DNA of 64,000 nucleotides from Mycobacteriales bacterium (GTDB lineage Bacteria; Actinomycetota; Actinomycetes; Mycobacteriales; QHCA01): NCBI GenBank assembly GCA_038276285.1, contig JBBPZR010000045.1, positions 6,570 to 70,569 of the forward strand, read 5' to 3'. Shown piece by piece: positions 59,245 to 64,000 of this stretch (position 1 is its first letter; each line of letters starts with the position of its first letter). The notes under the pieces were generated by a model. It saw only the letters and a program-made list of their open reading frames with translations, ran no database searches and was not told where the DNA came from. The position numbers and the translations under genes were made by a program.

Positions 59245-59502
59245 GTGAGTCCTCTTCGTCGGAGGTGGCGATTTGCCCGGCTCATCGCCTGCGGGCCGGA
59301 GCGCACATATCGTGTCGGTTACGTGCCCCTGGGTCAAGGATCACCGATCATCATCCCGCTTCCCGCTACGGCTGGTGAAGTGACCGGCACATCGTGCCGG
59401 TTTGGGTGGCTCCGGGGCAATACCAAAGAGAAGAGCGATGCGGTCCCGGCCGCTAGGGTCAAGCCCGCAGCAACTCCTCGCGCCAGCCCACCGGAGGTCC
59501 CT

Positions 59503-60108
59503 CTGCTCGCTCGCCTGGTCGTGCTGGTCTCGGGTGCGGGGAGCAACCTGCAGGCCCTGCTGGACGCGGGTGCCGATCCGGCGTACGGCGCCGAGGTGGT
59601 CGCGGTGGGCGCCGACCGCGAGCAGATACCGGCGCTGGCGCGGGCCGCTGCCGCCGGCGTGCCGTCGTTCGTGGTATCCGTGGCCGCCTTCGCCGACCGG
59701 GCCGCGTGGGATCGCGCCCTGACGGAGGCGGTTTCCGCGTACCAGCCTGACCTCGTCGTCCTGGCCGGCTTCATGAAGATCGTGGGCGCGGAGTTCTTGG
59801 CCAGGTTCTCCCAGCAGGTGCTCAACACCCATCCGGCGCTGCTTCCGGCATTCCCGGGCGCGCATCCGGTCCGCGACACGCTGGCCTACGGTGCCAAGCT
59901 GACCGGCGTGACGGTGCACCTCGTCGACGCCGGCGTCGACACCGGCCCGGTGGTCGCGCAGGCCCCCGTGCCCGTGCTGCCCGCTGACACCGAGGAGTCC
60001 CTGCACGAGCGCATCAAGGACGTGGAGCGGGTCCTGCTCGTCGGCGCCGTCGGCCGGATGGTCCGGCAGGGCTACGCGGTCAACGGAAGAGAGGTCGTGC
60101 TCGGATGA
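59503..60108 (+). CDS. purN: Phosphoribosylglycinamide formyltransferase
   Basis: [21 protein letters not shown]...[12 protein letters not shown]...[12 protein letters not shown]. The start is problematic: CTG 59503 has GGAGG 5 nt upstream. The canonical options are GTG 59521 (too short) and GTG 59380 (a poorly coding 41-aa extension). Confidence 0.85.
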   Translation: MLARLVVLVSGAGSNLQALLDAGADPAYGAEVVAVGADREQIPALARAAAAGVPSFVVSVAAFADRAAWDRALTEAVSAYQPDLVVLAGFMKIVGAEFLARFSQQVLNTHPALLPAFPGAHPVRDTLAYGAKLTGVTVHLVDAGVDTGPVVAQAPVPVLPADTEESLHERIKDVERVLLVGAVGRMVRQGYAVNGREVVLG

Positions 60109-61658
60109 CGCGCATCGAGGTACGCCGGGCGCTGGTCAGCGTGTACGACAAGACCGGGCTGGCTGATCTGGCCACCGGCCTGCATGCCGCGGGAGTGGAG
60201 ATCGTGTCCACCGGATCCACCGCGGCCCAGATCCGCGCCGCCGGCGTGCCGGTCACCGCGGTGGCCGAGCTGACCGGCTTCCCCGAGGTCCTCGACGGCC
60301 GGGTCAAGACACTGCACCCTCACGTGCACGCCGGCCTGCTGGCCGATGGCGGCAATCCGGCACATGTGCGGCAACTCGCAGACCTCGGGATCGCTCCCTT
60401 CGAGTTGGTGATCGCCAACCTCTACCCCTTCGGTGACACCGTCCGGGCTGGGGGCTCAGCCGATCAGGTGATCGAGCAGATCGACATCGGCGGCCCCGCG
60501 ATGGTGCGGGCGGCCGCGAAGAACCACGGCAGTGTTGCGGTCGTCGTCGACCCGTCGGCGTACCCCGACGTCGTGGCGGCGGTGGCCTCAGGCGGCTTCG
60601 ACACCGAGCAACGCCGCCGGTTGGCCGCACAGGCGTTCGCGCATACCGCGTCCTACGACGCGGCGGTCGCGAACTGGTTCTCGACCGGCTTGGCACTAGG
60701 CGCGGACGAGTGGTGGCCGGCGTACGCCGCCCGGACCTTCGAGCGGGCCGAGATACTCCGCTACGGAGAGAACCCTCATCAGCGGGCCGCGCTCTATGTC
60801 GAGTCCGAGCGCCCGGCCGGCATCGCGCAGGCCGAGCAGGTACACGGCAAGGCGATGTCGTATAACAACTACGTCGACGCGGACGCGGCCTACCGGGCGG
60901 CATATGACTTCAGCGGCGTCTGCGTGGCGATCGTCAAGCACAGCAACCCGTGCGGGATCGCGCTCGGTGCCGACGTCGCGGCCGCGTACCGCAAGGCGCA
61001 CGCCTGCGACCCGATGTCGGCGTTCGGCGGTGTGATCGCGGCGAACGTCGCGGTGTCCGAGGTGATGGCCGCGCAGGTGGCGGATGTGTTCACCGAGGTG
61101 GTCGTCGCACCCGGCTACGACGACGGGGCACTCGAGGTGCTGACCCGGAAGAAGAACGTACGCCTGCTCGTCTGCCCACCCCGGCATCGCGGCGGGATCG
61201 AGACGCGCGAGGTGACCGGTGGGGTGCTCGTGCAGACGGCGGACAATGTCGACGCGCCCGGCGACGACCCGGCGACGTGGACCCTCGCCACCGGCGAGGC
61301 GGTCGACGAGGCGACGCTGCGTGATCTGGCCTTCGCCTGGCGGGCGGTGCGCGCGGTGAAGTCCAACGCGATCCTGCTGGCCGTCGACGAGGCGACGGTC
61401 GGTGTCGGCATGGGCCAGGTCAACCGCGTCGACTCCGCCCGGCTGGCGGTATCCCGGGCCGGTCAGCGTGCCCACGGGTCGGTGGGCGCCTCCGACGCGT
61501 TCTTCCCCTTCGCCGACGGGTTGCAGGTGCTGATGGCGGCCGGCATCCGAGCCGTGGCGCAGCCGGGCGGGTCGGTGCGCGACGCGGAGGTGATCGCGGC
61601 CGCCGCCGCGGCCGGGGTACCGCTCTATCTGACCGGGACGCGGCACTTCTTCCATTGA
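60105..61658 (+). CDS. purH: Bifunctional AICAR transformylase / IMP cyclohydrolase
   Basis: 517 aa. [11 protein letters not shown]...SGGT-like MGS domain and an AICARFT domain. Confidence 0.96.
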   Translation: MTRIEVRRALVSVYDKTGLADLATGLHAAGVEIVSTGSTAAQIRAAGVPVTAVAELTGFPEVLDGRVKTLHPHVHAGLLADGGNPAHVRQLADLGIAPFELVIANLYPFGDTVRAGGSADQVIEQIDIGGPAMVRAAAKNHGSVAVVVDPSAYPDVVAAVASGGFDTEQRRRLAAQAFAHTASYDAAVANWFSTGLALGADEWWPAYAARTFERAEILRYGENPHQRAALYVESERPAGIAQAEQVHGKAMSYNNYVDADAAYRAAYDFSGVCVAIVKHSNPCGIALGADVAAAYRKAHACDPMSAFGGVIAANVAVSEVMAAQVADVFTEVVVAPGYDDGALEVLTRKKNVRLLVCPPRHRGGIETREVTGGVLVQTADNVDAPGDDPATWTLATGEAVDEATLRDLAFAWRAVRAVKSNAILLAVDEATVGVGMGQVNRVDSARLAVSRAGQRAHGSVGASDAFFPFADGLQVLMAAGIRAVAQPGGSVRDAEVIAAAAAAGVPLYLTGTRHFFH

Positions 61659-61680
61659 CGCCGTGACAGACTCGGGCCCG

Positions 61681-62556
61681 ATGACCGCACAGATCCTCGA
61701 CGGCAAGGCGACGGCGGCTGCCGTACGCGAGGAACTCACTCGCCGGGTCGACGCCCTGCGACGCGGCGGTGTCACACCTGGGCTCGGCACCGTCCTCGTC
61801 GGCGACGATCCCGGCAGCCATGCCTACGTCGCCGGCAAGCACCGTGACTGCGCCCAGGTGGGCATCGAGAGCTTCCAACGTGAGCTGCCCGCGACCGCCT
61901 CGCAGGAGGATGTCGAGAAGGTGGTCGCCGAGCTCAACGGTGATCCCGAGTGCACCGGATACATCGTGCAGTTGCCCCTGCCGGCCGGGCTGGACGCCAA
62001 CCGGGTCCTCGAGCTGATGGACCCGGGAAAGGATGCCGACGGCCTGCATCCGACCAACCTCGGCCGCCTGGTGCTCGGCATCTCGGGCCCACTGCCGTGC
62101 ACCCCGCGGGCCATCGTGGAGCTGCTGCGGCGTTACGACGTGCCGATCGCCGGGGCAGAAGTGGTGGTGGTCGGCCGTGGTCTGACGGTCGGCCGCGGGC
62201 TGGGCCTGCTGTTGACCCGGCGTACCGAGAACGCCACCGTGACCCTGTGCCACACCGGCACCCGCAACCTGCCCGATCACCTGCGCCGGGCCGACATCAT
62301 CGTCGCCGCTGCCGGTCGGGCCGGGTTGGTCACCGCCGACGTGGTCAAGCCGGGTGCCGCGGTGCTCGACGTCGGCATCACGCGCACGGCGGAGGGCAAG
62401 CTGGCGGGCGACGTCGATCCGGCGGTACGCGAAGTAGCCGGTCACCTGGCCCCCATGCCGGGCGGCGTCGGGCCGATGACCCGCGCCATGTTGCTGGCCA
62501 ATGTGGTCGAGGCCGCCGAGCGTTTCGCCTCGACCGGTCTAGACGGCACTGTCTAG
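61681..62556 (+). CDS. folD: Methylenetetrahydrofolate dehydrogenase/cyclohydrolase
   Basis: [10 protein letters not shown]...YIVQLPLP...[14 protein letters not shown]...PGGVGPMT. Confidence 0.95.
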   Translation: MTAQILDGKATAAAVREELTRRVDALRRGGVTPGLGTVLVGDDPGSHAYVAGKHRDCAQVGIESFQRELPATASQEDVEKVVAELNGDPECTGYIVQLPLPAGLDANRVLELMDPGKDADGLHPTNLGRLVLGISGPLPCTPRAIVELLRRYDVPIAGAEVVVVGRGLTVGRGLGLLLTRRTENATVTLCHTGTRNLPDHLRRADIIVAAAGRAGLVTADVVKPGAAVLDVGITRTAEGKLAGDVDPAVREVAGHLAPMPGGVGPMTRAMLLANVVEAAERFASTGLDGTV

Positions 62557-62592
62557 CCGCTGTCTAGCCTGTGCTGTCTAGACTGACCGCCA

Positions 62593-63003
62593 ATGTCGCT
62601 GCCCGATCTGTCGCCCGAGCTCGACCCGGCCAACCTTTCGGTAGCTCGCTACCCCGCCGGGTGGTGGCCGCCGGACTCGTTGGTCGGTTACACCGCGCTG
62701 GTCGCGGATGACGACGAGGTGACCCTCGTAGCGCCTGACGAAGCCTTCGAGGAACTCCAGACGCCCGAGGCGATCGAGCGGGGCTGGCGCCGCATCACCT
62801 TCGCCGGCCCGCTGCCCTGGGAGATGATCGGCTTCCTCGCAGATGTGGCCAGCCGGTTGGCCGAAGCACGGATCCCGTTCACATCGATGTCGGGCTTCAC
62901 CACCGATCACGTACTGGTCCGCGCGGCACAGGCGGACGTGGCGCTCGCCGTACTCAGCGGTCATCAGCCGCCCGAGCTGCGACCGGACGTCACCAACCCC
63001 TGA
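62593..63003 (+). CDS. ACT-domain-like small protein
   Basis: 136 aa. ITFAGPLPWEMIGFLADVASRLAEARIPFTSMSGFTTDHVLV resembles an ACT ligand-binding fold. Confidence 0.4.
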   Translation: MSLPDLSPELDPANLSVARYPAGWWPPDSLVGYTALVADDDEVTLVAPDEAFEELQTPEAIERGWRRITFAGPLPWEMIGFLADVASRLAEARIPFTSMSGFTTDHVLVRAAQADVALAVLSGHQPPELRPDVTNP

Positions 63004-63036
63004 CCACGGGGCTCGGATAGCGAGGAGACCCACCGA

Positions 63037-63981
63037 ATGGCGCGTCAGGGCAAGGTCACCGTTGTCGGTGCCGGGTTTTATGGCTCCACCACGGCGCAAC
63101 GGTTGGCCGAGTACGACATCTTCGACACGGTCGTGCTGACCGACATCGTCGAGGGCAAACCCGAGGGGCTGGCCCTCGACATCAACCAATCGCGGCCCAT
63201 CGAGGGGTTCGAGACCGAGGTGGTGGGCGTCGGCGGCGGCGACTACGGGCCGACCGAAGGTTCCGACATCGTCGTGATCACCGCCGGGCTGCCGCGCAAG
63301 CCGGGCATGAGCCGGATGGACCTCCTCGAGACGAACGCCAAGATCGTCCGCGACGTCGTGGAGAACATCGCGCGTACTTCGCCGGGTGCGGTGTTGATCG
63401 TGGTCAGCAACCCGCTCGACGAGATGACCGCTCTGGCGGCCCGGGTGTCCAACTTCTCCAAGCCCAAGGTGATGGGCCAAGCGGGGATGCTTGACACGGC
63501 GCGGTTCACCCACTTCATCGCTAAGGAGCTTGGCGTGCCGATCAAGTCGGTGCAAACGCTCACCCTCGGCTCACACGGGGAGACGATGGTGCCGGTCCCG
63601 AGTGCCTGCACCGTCAACGGTCGCCCGCTAACCGAGCTTCTCGAGCCCGACCGCATCCAGGCGCTGGTGGACAGGACCCGCAACGGTGGCGCTGAGATAG
63701 TCAGCCTGCTCAAGACGGGGTCGGCGTACTTCGCACCATCTGCCGCCGCCGCCCGCATGGTGCACGCCATCGCCACCGACTCGGGCGCCATCATGCCGGT
63801 TTGTGCATGGGTCGCCGGCGAGTACGGCGTCGCCGGGGCCTATCTCGGCGTGGAGGTCGAGCTGCGGTCGGGTGGCGTACACAAGATCATCGAGCGCGAC
63901 CTGACCAAATCGGAGTTGGCGACGCTCAAGGAGGCCGCGGAGGCCGTCCGGGCCAAGCAGGCCGACATCGACAACCTCTGA
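63037..63981 (+). CDS. mdh: Malate dehydrogenase (LDH-like type)
   Basis: KVTVVGAGFYGS...ITAGLPRKPGMSRMDLL...GSHGETMVP. Confidence 0.93.
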   Translation: MARQGKVTVVGAGFYGSTTAQRLAEYDIFDTVVLTDIVEGKPEGLALDINQSRPIEGFETEVVGVGGGDYGPTEGSDIVVITAGLPRKPGMSRMDLLETNAKIVRDVVENIARTSPGAVLIVVSNPLDEMTALAARVSNFSKPKVMGQAGMLDTARFTHFIAKELGVPIKSVQTLTLGSHGETMVPVPSACTVNGRPLTELLEPDRIQALVDRTRNGGAEIVSLLKTGSAYFAPSAAAARMVHAIATDSGAIMPVCAWVAGEYGVAGAYLGVEVELRSGGVHKIIERDLTKSELATLKEAAEAVRAKQADIDNL

Positions 63982-64000
63982 GAGGGACCGCCAGCCGATG

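Noticed and set aside
59370-59470. ZTP (pfl) riboswitch upstream of purN-purH-folD. The region contains GUGACCGGCA, GGGUGGCUCCGGGG and CCCGGCCGCUAGGGUCA, reminiscent of GUGACUGGCG, GGUGG..CCACCGGGG and CCGCCUGGGCA.
   Set aside because: The P2 hairpin (GGUGG...CCACC) is not formed. The GACCGGCAC segment instead pairs locally (CCGGCAC-AUC-GUGCCGG). The 3' CUGGGC core is altered. The resemblance is too weak without an Infernal RF01750 score, but it is worth a cmsearch.

Overview
High-GC actinobacterial chromosome segment. The backbone is housekeeping genes in an order resembling two Mycobacterium tuberculosis blocks as I recall them. Block 1: glmS, acpS, nnr, alr, tsaE-tsaB-rimI-tsaD, groES-groEL1, whiB3-like, sigD/rsdA-like, guaB/guaB3-like, guaA. 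Block 2: chorismate mutase, pcrA/uvrD1, M23 peptidase, sucCD, perM-like, purN-purH, folD, mdh. I found no rRNA, tRNA or CRISPR array.

The most interesting content is accessory. Two paralogous minus-strand genes encode proteins with a WXG100/CpnT-like N-terminal secretion domain, a hydrophobic Ala/Gly-rich middle and different C-terminal tips. They sit at two breakpoints of the conserved alr...groES block. One tip is a clear R-S-E ADP-ribosyltransferase; the other I cannot identify. The second locus also carries a small EspC/WXG-like protein, a tightly coupled CxxC-rich protein and a divergent YbaB-like protein. This looks like a type VII secretion-associated polymorphic toxin system, but both toxin genes are frameshifted.

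Other accessory features:
- a transposase remnant and AT-richer secreted-protein genes directly downstream of glmS
- a decayed AbrB/PIN toxin-antitoxin pair next to a frameshifted methyltransferase
- an S15 hydrolase with an in-frame TAG
- a TetR cassette flanked by about 64-bp direct repeats
- an intergenic region with twin 66-bp hairpin units and a G-rich 13-bp tandem repeat that copies the Shine-Dalgarno sequence
- a candidate c-di-AMP (ydaO-type) riboswitch upstream of the M23 peptidase
- a candidate attenuator leader upstream of chorismate mutase
- CIRCE operators before groES
- several short tandem duplications and palindromes

About eleven frameshift or nonsense lesions fall in accessory genes and none in the core genes. 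All family assignments come from motif recognition by eye, with no HMM or BLAST run. Frameshift positions are good to about +/-10 nt.
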